From contig CAZRJS010000007.1 in NCBI GenBank assembly GCA_964600565.1, positions 1-34,945 of the forward strand: 34,945 nt of DNA, read 5' to 3'. The first letter of the stretch is position 1. Each line of letters begins with the position of its first letter. Below, in pieces: positions 25,121 through 34,544 of this stretch. The notes beneath the pieces were generated by a model. That model worked only from the letters and a program-made list of their open reading frames with translations. It searched no databases and had not been told where the DNA came from. Source of the DNA: Candidatus Woesearchaeota archaeon. Its GTDB lineage: Archaea > Nanobdellota > Nanobdellia > Pacearchaeales > GW2011-AR1. A program made the translations under genes and the position numbers.

Positions 25121-25447
25121 TTATGTTCCATCTTTATCCTCTTGATAGATTATATAAGCTATTGCCCCTCCTTGTTTTCCAATTCTTATTGTTGGAGTCT
25201 TAAATAAAATGTAATAATCATTTTTTTTTGCAAAATCTTCTAGTGCTGAAAATCCTCTTTCAGAGGTTTCAATTTCTTTTGGGACTAAAACTCCATTATC
25301 ATAAAATTCTTGACGCATCCATCCAGCACAAAAAGGATTATTAAGATAAATTTTATTAATCCTCACAGTTTTCCCTTCTTCAATTTTGCCTAATGAAGTT
25401 TTGTGTCCTTGATGTGAAAAATTACTTACATATTCTAATAAAGGCAT
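25121..25447 (-). CDS. Hypothetical protein (108 aa)
   Basis: ORF only. Confidence 0.35.
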   Translation of the reverse strand: MPLLEYVSNFSHQGHKTSLGKIEEGKTVRINKIYLNNPFCAGWMRQEFYDNGVLVPKEIETSERGFSALEDFAKKNDYYILFKTPTIRIGKQGGAIAYIIYQEDKDGT

Positions 25448-25507
25448 ATTTAATTGAATTTTTATAGTTTTTAAGAATTGTTAATGTCTAAAGATTATCT
25501 TAGAATT

Positions 25508-26314
25508 TTATTTAACAGGTTTCATATCTTTCCATGCAAGTTCAAACATATGTTCAAGGGCTTGAGCAAAAAATTCAGTATTAATCCAAACCCCCACATC
25601 ATAATTTGGATGGAATTTCTGGTCATCAAGAAGCATAAACATTATTTGTTTAGAATCAATAATAATAAATCTTGCTCTTAGATTTCCTAAGTTCTTAACT
25701 TCTGCAACTTTTTTAAAATCTTTAGCAATTTTAATATTGTTTTTATCAATAGGAGCAGCAACTCTTACTTTTACCCCTCTTTTTTTGCATTTTTCTAAAG
25801 AAGGCATTAATGCTTCAATTTTTCTATTTAAACCTTCAGTTGTTGTAACAATTGTTATTGTGGATTCAGCATTTCTTACCATCATATCAAGCTGATTATA
25901 AAGATTTTGTCTTCCTTTTAAACTTCCAGATAAATCAGAAGGTTCGACAAATTTAATTCCTTTATCAAATAAAGTATTAAGTTCTTCAAGGACATCATCT
26001 CCTTTTAAATTTTCTAATCTTTCAGTTTTTTCTTTAGCATGTCTCATTAAGTTTTTCTTAACTCTCTCAACAACTTCTCCTGGTTTAAGTGCAACAAATT
26101 TTATTGGCTTTCCAAGTTTCATAATAATAAATCCTTTTTTTTCAAGACTCTCGAGAATATCATATGTTCTACTTCTTGGAACATCAGAAATACTACTTAA
26201 TTCTCCAGCAGTACTTGTTCCCCTTGAAAGCAGAGCAGCCCAAACCTTTACTTCATATAAGTTAAGGTCAAATATTTTTCTTAATCTACTTAAAAATTCA
26301 TCTTTAACTATCAT
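25508..26314 (-). CDS. TrmB-family transcriptional regulator
   Basis: 268 aa. N-terminal LNLYEVKVWAALLSRGTSTAGELSSISDVPRSRTYDILESLEKKGFI (TrmB wHTH), plus a C-terminal TrmB-type effector domain. Confidence 0.8.
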   Translation of the reverse strand: MIVKDEFLSRLRKIFDLNLYEVKVWAALLSRGTSTAGELSSISDVPRSRTYDILESLEKKGFIIMKLGKPIKFVALKPGEVVERVKKNLMRHAKEKTERLENLKGDDVLEELNTLFDKGIKFVEPSDLSGSLKGRQNLYNQLDMMVRNAESTITIVTTTEGLNRKIEALMPSLEKCKKRGVKVRVAAPIDKNNIKIAKDFKKVAEVKNLGNLRARFIIIDSKQIMFMLLDDQKFHPNYDVGVWINTEFFAQALEHMFELAWKDMKPVK

Positions 26315-26393
26315 TTTTCTATTTTATGTATCCTCTTCTTTATTTTTAAATATTGTTATGATGGAAGGGTAAATTAGGAGGATTACTACATAG

Positions 26394-29195
26394 TCAGTAA
26401 ATAACACCTATTTGCCCTTTTTTATCTTTAATTTTAAATTCAGTATTGTTTTTAAATCTTTCTTTATCAGTTAGAACACTTTTTGAAATGAATAATTTTT
26501 TGGCATTGGTTCTTTCTTTTATAAAATTTTTTTGTTTGTCAATTATCTCATTGAATTCTATGTCCTCGGTAAAGAAACTAATTTCAATTTTATCTTTTTT
26601 ATTTAAACCAAGTTTTTTCCTAAATGCCTGGATTTGCCTTGATAATTCTCTTGAATAACCTTCTTCTTCAAGTTGTTTAGTTATAGTTTTATTAAGTTCT
26701 ACAGAGATAATTTCATTTTTTTTATAGATTATTTTTTTAATATTAAGTTGTTCTTTTATTATGTCTCCCATTCCTTTTTCAATTTTAAAATTAGAATTAA
26801 TTATAGCAGATAATAATGGCCATTTTAATCCAATTTTTAATTGGTCTCTTTCTTTTAAGCCAAGTTCTATTATTTTTAGAAGATTTTCAAAATCTTCTTC
26901 AAGCTTTTTGTTAATTATTTTTTTATCACTTTTTGGCCAAGCAGATAAGTGAACTGATTGTTTTGAAAAATTATCATAAATATATTCTGTGATATAAGGG
27001 GCAAATGGGGCAAGCAATAAAGATATTTTTTCTAAAATATCTCCCACTATTTTTTTAGTGTCATTTCTTTCTCTTGTAATTCTAATATAACCTCTTGAAA
27101 AATCATTTATAACAAAGTCCATTATTTTTAAAAAAGGAGTGTGTAGGTGATATTGATTTAGTTCATTAGTCACTTCGGTAATTAAACTATTTATTTTACT
27201 AATAATCCATTTATCTTCTATTTTATTTTTAGATATTTTTTTATTTTCAAGTTGATTATGATAATTGTTAAGATTATAAAGAACGGTTAAAAAAGGCATT
27301 ATTGATTTTTTTACAAGATTATAGGAAAATGGTTTAAAATTCCCTGCATCTGAAGTGCAAAATTGTAGCCTTACTGCATCAATTCCAGTTTTATCTATCA
27401 TCTCTTTTGGATTAATAATGTTCCCTTTGCTTTTACTCATTTTTTTCCCTTCATCATCAACAACATGCCCAGCGCAAATTACATTTTTATATGCTGGTTT
27501 CTCAAATAAAATTGTGGCTAAAACATGCATGGTATAAAACCATCCTCTTGTCTGGTCTATTGCTTCAGAAACAAAATCATAGGGAAATCTTTTTTCAAAA
27601 TATTCTTTATTTTCAAAAGGATAATGAAACTGTGCAAATATAGCTGCTCCTGAATCATACCAACAATCTATTACCTCAGGAATTCTTTTCATTTCTTTTC
27701 CACAAGAACATTTAAGTTTTATTTCATCAATCCAGGGTTTATGCAAATCAATTTCTCCAGAAATTTTTTTTATTGAATTCTTTTTTAATTCATCAATACT
27801 TCCAATTGCTTTTTCTTCTCCGCAACTTTCACATCTCCAGATAGGTATTGGTGTTCCCCAAAATTTAGACCTTGATAATGACCAATCTTTTGCATTTTCA
27901 ATCCAATTGCCAAATCTTCCTTCTTTAATGTGTTTTGGTTCCCAATTTATTTTCTTATTTAATTCAGTCATTTTTTCTTTTACAGAACTGACTTTAATAA
28001 ACCAAGAATTTATTGCATAGTATAATAGAGGGGTGTCACATCTCCAGCAATGAGGATAACTATGAGTTATTTTCTCTTTTTTAAATAAAAGTTTTCTTGA
28101 TTTTAAATCTGAAATTATATCTTTTTCAGCTGTTTTCACAAATTTGCCTTTAAATTTAGGAACAATATCTAAAAATTTTCCATCTTGTCCAACAGTATGA
28201 ACCTCTGGCAAACCAATTTCTTTCCCAACATTATAATCATCTTCTCCATACATAACAGCTATATGGACAACACCTGTCCCATCTTCAGTATTTACAAAAT
28301 CAGCAGGGATTATTTTGTATGATTTTGAATTTTTTAGTTCTTTAATTTCATATAATGGTTCATATTCTATCCAAACTAAATTCTTGCCCTTAAATTTTTC
28401 AAGAATTTTATAATCTTTTACCAAATTTAATTTTTCTTCTCCAATAATAATTTTATCTCCATCTTGAAGTTGGATTTTGACATAATCTATATTAGGATTT
28501 ATAGCAAGTGCAACATTTCCTGGAAGAGTCCAGGGGGTGGTGGTCCATGCCAAAACATATTCATTATTTTTATTTTTTAATTTAAATGCAACATATACAG
28601 AATCTTCAGTTATATCTTTATATCCCTGAGCAACTTCATGACTTGAAAGAGGTGTTCCACAACGAGGACAAAATGGCACAACTTTATTTCCCTCATAAAG
28701 CATTTTTTTATTATATAATTCTTTTAAGCTCCACCAAACACTTTCCATATATTTATTTTCAAGAGTAATATAAGGTTTTTTCAAATCAACCCAGTAATTT
28801 AACTCTTTAGTTGCTGTATCCCACTCATTAATATAGGAGAAAACACTTTTTTTGCATTTATCTATAAATTTTTCAGTCCCATAATTTAAAACATCTTTTT
28901 TTTCTTTAAGATGTAATTCTTTTTCTATCTGAACTTCAACAGGCAGACCATGACAATCCCATCCCCCTTTTCTTGGAACAGAATAACCTTTCATATACCA
29001 AAATTTACATATAATATCCTTAAAAGTTCGAACCTCAAGATGGTGTAATGCAGGGGGGGCATTTGCAGTTGGAGGCCCTTCTATAAAACTAAAAAGTTCT
29101 TTTTTAGAATCATAATGAATTGCTTTTTCAATTTCTTTCTGATTCTCCTTCAATTTTTTCTTTGCTTTTTCTTCAACTTTTTTGAAATCATACAT
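26394..29195 (-). CDS. ileS: Isoleucyl-tRNA synthetase
   Basis: 933 aa. GPPTAN, GWDCHGLPVE, editing-domain WTTTPWTLPGN, EAIDQTRGWFYT, KMSKSKGN. The HIGH position reads ALHH (see findings). Confidence 0.9.
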   Translation of the reverse strand: MYDFKKVEEKAKKKLKENQKEIEKAIHYDSKKELFSFIEGPPTANAPPALHHLEVRTFKDIICKFWYMKGYSVPRKGGWDCHGLPVEVQIEKELHLKEKKDVLNYGTEKFIDKCKKSVFSYINEWDTATKELNYWVDLKKPYITLENKYMESVWWSLKELYNKKMLYEGNKVVPFCPRCGTPLSSHEVAQGYKDITEDSVYVAFKLKNKNNEYVLAWTTTPWTLPGNVALAINPNIDYVKIQLQDGDKIIIGEEKLNLVKDYKILEKFKGKNLVWIEYEPLYEIKELKNSKSYKIIPADFVNTEDGTGVVHIAVMYGEDDYNVGKEIGLPEVHTVGQDGKFLDIVPKFKGKFVKTAEKDIISDLKSRKLLFKKEKITHSYPHCWRCDTPLLYYAINSWFIKVSSVKEKMTELNKKINWEPKHIKEGRFGNWIENAKDWSLSRSKFWGTPIPIWRCESCGEEKAIGSIDELKKNSIKKISGEIDLHKPWIDEIKLKCSCGKEMKRIPEVIDCWYDSGAAIFAQFHYPFENKEYFEKRFPYDFVSEAIDQTRGWFYTMHVLATILFEKPAYKNVICAGHVVDDEGKKMSKSKGNIINPKEMIDKTGIDAVRLQFCTSDAGNFKPFSYNLVKKSIMPFLTVLYNLNNYHNQLENKKISKNKIEDKWIISKINSLITEVTNELNQYHLHTPFLKIMDFVINDFSRGYIRITRERNDTKKIVGDILEKISLLLAPFAPYITEYIYDNFSKQSVHLSAWPKSDKKIINKKLEEDFENLLKIIELGLKERDQLKIGLKWPLLSAIINSNFKIEKGMGDIIKEQLNIKKIIYKKNEIISVELNKTITKQLEEEGYSRELSRQIQAFRKKLGLNKKDKIEISFFTEDIEFNEIIDKQKNFIKERTNAKKLFISKSVLTDKERFKNNTEFKIKDKKGQIGVIY

Positions 29196-29463
29196 TTTAT
29201 TACCAGGATTTTCTGTTTTTTAAATGTTTAAGATTTTTTAAATTAATCTTATAGATAGGCACCCAAAATTAATGCAGGATTTATTTAAAATAGGATTATT
29301 AAGATTTATTATCTAGTATTTATACAAAATTCTTTTTTGCTTTACTATTAGATTTTAATTAATAATTTATTTTATTATTTAAATTAATTATATATTTTTC
29401 CTTAGATTATTATGATTTTTTAGCACCAAAATCTATAAGAATTAACAACTCGAACTATTTTTA

Positions 29464-29769
29464 ATGACACCCGGATTAATGATTGTTAAAACAGTAGGGA
29501 AATATTATCCTTTAACAATTGTTAATGAAACTGATTATAATGGAATTCTGGAGCATATCTCTGATAATAAATGTAGTGTGAGGTTTATTTATGGAAAGAA
29601 TAATCTTTCTCTTGAAGAAATATTTTCTATTAATAGTGATGTGGGAAATTTATTAGAAGCATTTAATGATAGCAGGGTATTAAGACTGGTTAATAAAAAA
29701 AAGGATTTAAGAAGAATTAATAATATAGATTATTCTAAAATAGAAAAAGAGCTTGAAAAAATATTTTAA
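29464..29769 (+). CDS. Hypothetical protein (101 aa)
   Basis: ORF only. Its 3' end overlaps the convergent dph5 stop by 4 nt. Confidence 0.35.
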   Translation: MTPGLMIVKTVGKYYPLTIVNETDYNGILEHISDNKCSVRFIYGKNNLSLEEIFSINSDVGNLLEAFNDSRVLRLVNKKKDLRRINNIDYSKIEKELEKIF

Positions 29770-30485
29770 AATCTTTCTAAAAATTCCTTTTCATTATCAT
29801 TAAGTTTTCCAGGAATTATAATGCAAAAAGGTTTTCTCATACCTCTTATACCATTTAATGTATTAATTTTATCGTAAAAAATTTTGCTTTTTTTAGTTCC
29901 AAGTGCCTGACAAATAATTAAATAATCTAAAATTAGATTATTTTTTTCTGCAGTTTCTTTAAGTTGCTCTAATGCTTCATTAAAAAACATATCAATATCA
30001 ACAAGTAATAAACTATGTGCCTGTATTTTTTGATTATCTTTGATAATTTCAATAAAACTTTCTGGTTTAAAATGTTTTTCCAAATTCCATTTAGGTAAAG
30101 ATGCTGTTTTTCCAAACTTATATAGCTGTAGTCCAGTTTCAGCAATAGCATCAAAAATAGAACTTGCTTGAATAACCTTGCATTTAACCCTGCTTTTTTT
30201 AGCTTCTTCTAATAAACTTATATGTGTTGTAGCATTTAAAGGACTTCCATAAATAAGAAGGGCAACATCTTTTTTTGAAGCTTCATCAACAATTTTGCAG
30301 GATTCAACAAAATTTCTATCAGCAGGAAGTATTTTTTTATTTAAAATTCCAGCAATTTCAGATAAGGGATAAGGGTATTCAATAGTATAGTTTTCAATAT
30401 AAATCTTTTTGCATTTTTTAGCATATTCTTTCCCTTCAATTGAAATTCCTTTTCTATTAAGTCCAAGTCCGATTAAATATAACAT
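29766..30485 (-). CDS. dph5: Diphthine synthase
   Basis: 239 aa. MLYLIGLGL, LIYGSPLNATTH, GLQLYKFGKTASLP, HSLLLVDI. This is the tetrapyrrole-methylase fold of Dph5. Confidence 0.85.
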   Translation of the reverse strand: MLYLIGLGLNRKGISIEGKEYAKKCKKIYIENYTIEYPYPLSEIAGILNKKILPADRNFVESCKIVDEASKKDVALLIYGSPLNATTHISLLEEAKKSRVKCKVIQASSIFDAIAETGLQLYKFGKTASLPKWNLEKHFKPESFIEIIKDNQKIQAHSLLLVDIDMFFNEALEQLKETAEKNNLILDYLIICQALGTKKSKIFYDKINTLNGIRGMRKPFCIIIPGKLNDNEKEFLERF

Positions 30486-30690
30486 AAAAAAATTAGATAT
30501 TTTTAGTTTATTAAATTACCCCTTTAAACTTTTATTATTAAAAATAAACTAAAAATAATAGAATTTAATCTATAATAGGATAAATCAGTTAAAATTATAA
30601 TTAATTTAAGCAATTTGAGAAGTTCCTAAATTTTATAATAATAAATTTTCCCTCTTTAGTTATTTAAAAAAAAGTTACATAAAAAAATAA

Positions 30691-31341
30691 TTATTCTTCT
30701 GTAGGTTCACTTGCTAAAAAAGCCCACCAGGGTTTTTTTACATTTATGACCTCGCCAGTTTCAGCATCTATATGTACCTGAACTTGCATTTTTGTTTTAA
30801 ACAATCCAAAGACTTTTGATTGTCTTTGTGTTTTTATTTCATAAGCAAGTTTTGCTTGCTCTTTTTGTCCAACTTCTTTTAATTCAATAGAGCAATTATT
30901 TGATTCATTACAATTTTTTAATCTTAATTTCTGTAGTGCTGTTTCAGAAGCGGTATCCGGCATAACTTTAATCTCTGCATTTTTTCCATTACTCAATATG
31001 GCTTTTAATCTTGTTTTATTCTGAAATTGTTCTTGAGTTATATTACAATCGCAATTTACTTTCACACTGCCAACTTCTAATTGAATTTTATTATTTGATT
31101 GTTTTTTAATTTTTATTTGCTGTCCATTTTCTCCAATATAGTTTCCATCTCTAATTTTAAATTGATTTTGTAGATTAGTTTCTTCTCCCTGATTTTGAGT
31201 ATTTGTTTCTAATCCCTGCCCTGCTTCATTAATTTCAGGATCAATTATTCCTGTTCCAGGTTCATGAATCCCTTGTCCTTGAGCAATTACAAAACTCATA
31301 AGAGATATTCCAATCAATAAAGATAACACCAAATTTTTCAT
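30691..31341 (-). CDS. Secreted protein, unknown function
   Basis: 216 aa. Signal peptide, a Q/N/G-rich linker, then a C-terminal domain ending DAETGEVINVKKPWWAFLA. Confidence 0.45.
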   Translation of the reverse strand: MKNLVLSLLIGISLMSFVIAQGQGIHEPGTGIIDPEINEAGQGLETNTQNQGEETNLQNQFKIRDGNYIGENGQQIKIKKQSNNKIQLEVGSVKVNCDCNITQEQFQNKTRLKAILSNGKNAEIKVMPDTASETALQKLRLKNCNESNNCSIELKEVGQKEQAKLAYEIKTQRQSKVFGLFKTKMQVQVHIDAETGEVINVKKPWWAFLASEPTEE

Positions 31342-31579
31342 AAGATTATTAAAAATTTAGACTATTTAAATCCTTATGGATTTCATATAAAAAGTTAACA
31401 AATAAAATTTAGAATTTAATCCCCGGCAAATTATCTAAACTTAAAAAGAAGAGCTTGATATTAGATTAATTGAATATAAACATTGATATAAAGAGAATGT
31501 TATATTTAGAAATTATAAGGATTCACAAAGCATAAAAAAGAAGTTTATTTAAACAAACAATCTTAATAATATTATTAAT

Positions 31580-32935
31580 ATGAACAAAACAGATATCTTA
31601 ATTATCGGGGGTGGTCCAGCAGGAGTTGTTGCTGCAGTTACTGCTAGAAAAAATAATCCTGAAAAAAAAATTATGTTAGTTAGGGAAGAAGAAAAAGAGG
31701 TAATACCTTGTGGTATTCCTTATATATTTAATCGCTTAAATTCTGTTGAAAAAGATTTAATGTCAGATAAATCATTAAATAAAAATAATATTCTCTTATT
31801 ATTTGATAGGGTGACAAAGTTCAATCCTACAAAAAAGAAAGTTTTTTTTAAAAAAAATAAAGAATTGAATTATGAAAAATTAATTTTAGCTACAGGTTCG
31901 AAGTCCAGTTTAATTCCTATTAAAGGTATTGATAAAAAAGGGGTATGGTATATTAAAAAAGATTTAGAATATTTAAAAAAACTTAGAAAACAAGCATTAA
32001 AATCAAAAAATATTGTGATTATTGGGGGTGGTTTTATTGGTGTTGAGCTAGCAGAAGAATTAAGCAGAATTAAAAAATTAAAGATTAGTATTGTAGAAAA
32101 ATTAGAGCATTGTTTGATAACAACTTTTGATAAGAAATTTGCTGTTGCAATTGAAGAAAAATTAAAAGAAAAAGGTGTAAAAATTTATACTAATAAAAAT
32201 ATAGATGAGATTATAGGAAGAAATAAAGCGGAATCAGTAAAATTAAAAGACAAAAAAATTCCCGCTGATTTAATTATATTATCTATAGGGGCAAAGCCTA
32301 ATACAATTTTAGCCAAGGAAGCAGGAATTAAAATAGGAAAATATAATGGAATCAAAGTTAATAAATATCTGGAGACAAATATCAAAGATGTTTTTGCAGT
32401 TGGAGATTGTGCTGAAACAAGATGCTTATTAACAAAGAAATATATCCCAGTAATGCTTGCTTCAACAGCCTGTCATGAAGCAAGAATAGCTGCTGCTAAT
32501 TTATATAAAAAAGAAAATTTAATCAAAAATACTGGAACATTAGCTGTTTTTTCCACATCTATTAATGGCTTGTCAGTAGGTATAGCAGGTTTAAGTGAAA
32601 GAAAACTTAAAGATGAAAAAATTGATATCCTAATAGGTGAAAGTCAGGCCATGAATCATCATCCAGAATCATTGCCAAACACACAAAACATAAAGGTTAA
32701 GCTTATTTTTTCTAAAACTTCAAGAAAATTATTAGGCGGCCAGGTTATTGGACCAGAAACAATAGGAGAGACAGTGAATATACTTGCATTAGCTATTCAA
32801 AAACAAACAACCATTTATGATTTTGACACCTTGCAAATTGCTACTCATCCACTTTTAACTTCTGCTCCAACTGTTTATCCTTTAATTATTGCTGCCCAGT
32901 CTGCATTATCTAAAATGATAAGAGAAACTAAATAA
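31580..32935 (+). CDS. FAD-dependent pyridine nucleotide-disulfide oxidoreductase (NADH oxidase / CoA-disulfide reductase type)
   Basis: 451 aa. ILIIGGGPAGVVAA (FAD), a single redox Cys in VIPCGIPY, VIIGGGFIGVELAE (NAD(P)H), and GDCAE. Confidence 0.8.
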   Translation: MNKTDILIIGGGPAGVVAAVTARKNNPEKKIMLVREEEKEVIPCGIPYIFNRLNSVEKDLMSDKSLNKNNILLLFDRVTKFNPTKKKVFFKKNKELNYEKLILATGSKSSLIPIKGIDKKGVWYIKKDLEYLKKLRKQALKSKNIVIIGGGFIGVELAEELSRIKKLKISIVEKLEHCLITTFDKKFAVAIEEKLKEKGVKIYTNKNIDEIIGRNKAESVKLKDKKIPADLIILSIGAKPNTILAKEAGIKIGKYNGIKVNKYLETNIKDVFAVGDCAETRCLLTKKYIPVMLASTACHEARIAAANLYKKENLIKNTGTLAVFSTSINGLSVGIAGLSERKLKDEKIDILIGESQAMNHHPESLPNTQNIKVKLIFSKTSRKLLGGQVIGPETIGETVNILALAIQKQTTIYDFDTLQIATHPLLTSAPTVYPLIIAAQSALSKMIRETK

Positions 32936-32951
32936 AATTAGAGTTTTTATT

Positions 32952-33296
32952 TTACAATTCTTCAATAGCTCTTTCAATTCCCTTGTACCAGGTATAAACC
33001 ATTTTTTTTATTCTTTTTTTAATCTGATTTTTGTTGTTAATTTCATATAAAAAAGTATATCCTCCTTTAGAAATATTTCTTTGAGTTCTTCTTATTAAAT
33101 TTTTAATAACAAGAATTTTTATTGCTTTTTGAATTGTTGTTCTATCAAGTTCCATATTTTTAGAAATTTGAAATACTGTATATTTTTTATTTTTCCCAAA
33201 TAAAAAAAGTAATAAATTATATTCAGTTTTATTTAAATCAAATGTGCATTTAATCAAATCTTTTTTAGATATTTTTTTACATGAAAAAGTTATCAT
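32952..33296 (-). CDS. Small winged-helix transcriptional regulator (TrmB/MarR-like)
   Basis: 114 aa. LNKTEYNLLLFLFGKNKKYTVFQISKNMELDRTTIQKAIKILVIKNLIRR. Two N-terminal Cys (C6, C17). Confidence 0.5.
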   Translation of the reverse strand: MITFSCKKISKKDLIKCTFDLNKTEYNLLLFLFGKNKKYTVFQISKNMELDRTTIQKAIKILVIKNLIRRTQRNISKGGYTFLYEINNKNQIKKRIKKMVYTWYKGIERAIEEL

Positions 33297-33358
33297 TTTA
33301 GCACAAATTTTATTTTAATTATAAATTACTTCTTGCTTTTTTAGTAATTAATATTCTC

Positions 33359-33470
33359 TTAATACAGAAAACAAGGATAAACTGTTGTCTAAAGACAACA
33401 GACAATTACTACATAATTGCCCCTTATTTTCTGATTCAGAAACTCTAAATAAATACCACGAGTTTCTGAT
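33359..33470 (+). repeat. Conserved hairpin element, copy B (expanded by a 47-nt insertion)
   Basis: 51-nt core at 33359-33409 with palindrome ctgttgtc-taaa-gacaacag (33382-33401), and a 12-nt 3' block at 33459-33470. Extra helices: 33365-33376/33422-33433 (11 of 12 bp) and 33436-33445/33460-33469 (10 bp). Confidence 0.6.
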
Positions 33471-33512
33471 GGCAATAATATAAGAGGCTTCATAAGTTTT
33501 CCCTATTAACAT

Positions 33513-34499
33513 TTATTCTTGTTTTTTAATTTGTTCGTAAGCAGAAGTAGATGCAATTGCCCCTTCTGCACATGCTGTTATAGCTTGTTTTAAAGGGTTA
33601 TTTGTAATATCTCCTGCTGCGAAAATTCCGGATATTGAAGTTTCCTGAATTTTATTTACTACAATGTAATTATTTTCAAGATTTAAATTAAGTTGTTTAG
33701 CAATTTTTGTGTCAGGAATTGAACCTATTTCAACAAAAATTCCATCTAAAGAAAGTTCTTTTCCAGAATCTAATAAAATTCCTTCTACTTTTTCTGAGCC
33801 TTTTATTTCTTTTATTTCTGAATTAAAAATCAATTCAATTTTTTTATCTTTTTCAACTTGTTTAACCCATGTAGGTTCTGCTCTGAAAAATTTTTCTTGT
33901 CTGTAAATAATATAAACCTTTTTTGCATATCTAGATAACAAAAGAGCTGCAGTTAAGGCAGCATTACTTCCCCCAATTACTGAAACAATTTTTTCTTTGA
34001 AGAAAGTTGCATCACAAGTTGCACAATAACTAATACCTCTTCCTAAAAGTTTATTTTCATTTTCCAAATTTAATTTTACTTTTTCTCTTCCAATAGCTAT
34101 AATAATTTTTTTAGCACTATAAATAGAATTATCTGTTTTAATCTCAAATTCTTCATTTTTTTTAATTTTTCTTTTGGATAACTCTCTTGGTTTTTCATGT
34201 TCAAAAGAAAAGTTAGAGAAATTCAATTTTGAGGAATTTATCTTTATTTCTTCAACTTTATCTGAATTAATTTTTATCCCTAGATTTTTTACTTGTTCAA
34301 TTAGTTTTTTTGTTAATTCCATTCCAGTAATTGAATTATGAGAAGGAAAATTGCATATTTCAGCAGCTTCAGATATTGCACCTCCGTTTAATTCTCCAAT
34401 AATTAATGTATTTAATAAATATCTTCCAGCATAAATAGCTGCAGTTAAACCTGCAGGACCTGCTCCAATAATAATTAAATCATATTTTTTTTCTTCCAT
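33513..34499 (-). CDS. trxB: Thioredoxin reductase
   Basis: 328 aa. LIIIGAGPAGLTAAIYA, redox-active CATCD, GGSNAALTAALLL, AAGDITN. Confidence 0.85.
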   Translation of the reverse strand: MEEKKYDLIIIGAGPAGLTAAIYAGRYLLNTLIIGELNGGAISEAAEICNFPSHNSITGMELTKKLIEQVKNLGIKINSDKVEEIKINSSKLNFSNFSFEHEKPRELSKRKIKKNEEFEIKTDNSIYSAKKIIIAIGREKVKLNLENENKLLGRGISYCATCDATFFKEKIVSVIGGSNAALTAALLLSRYAKKVYIIYRQEKFFRAEPTWVKQVEKDKKIELIFNSEIKEIKGSEKVEGILLDSGKELSLDGIFVEIGSIPDTKIAKQLNLNLENNYIVVNKIQETSISGIFAAGDITNNPLKQAITACAEGAIASTSAYEQIKKQE

Positions 34500-34544
34500 T
34501 TTTTCTTCTTTTATTTTCCTAATGATTTTTAAGTTTATTTATAT

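Noticed and set aside
14729-33470. The two inverted copies of the hairpin element as terminal inverted repeats of an 18.6-kb mobile element or invertible segment.
   Set aside because: The interval contains single-copy housekeeping genes (ileS, dph5, rsmH, recQ). It has no transposase, integrase or recombinase, and no target-site duplication was seen at the outer ends.
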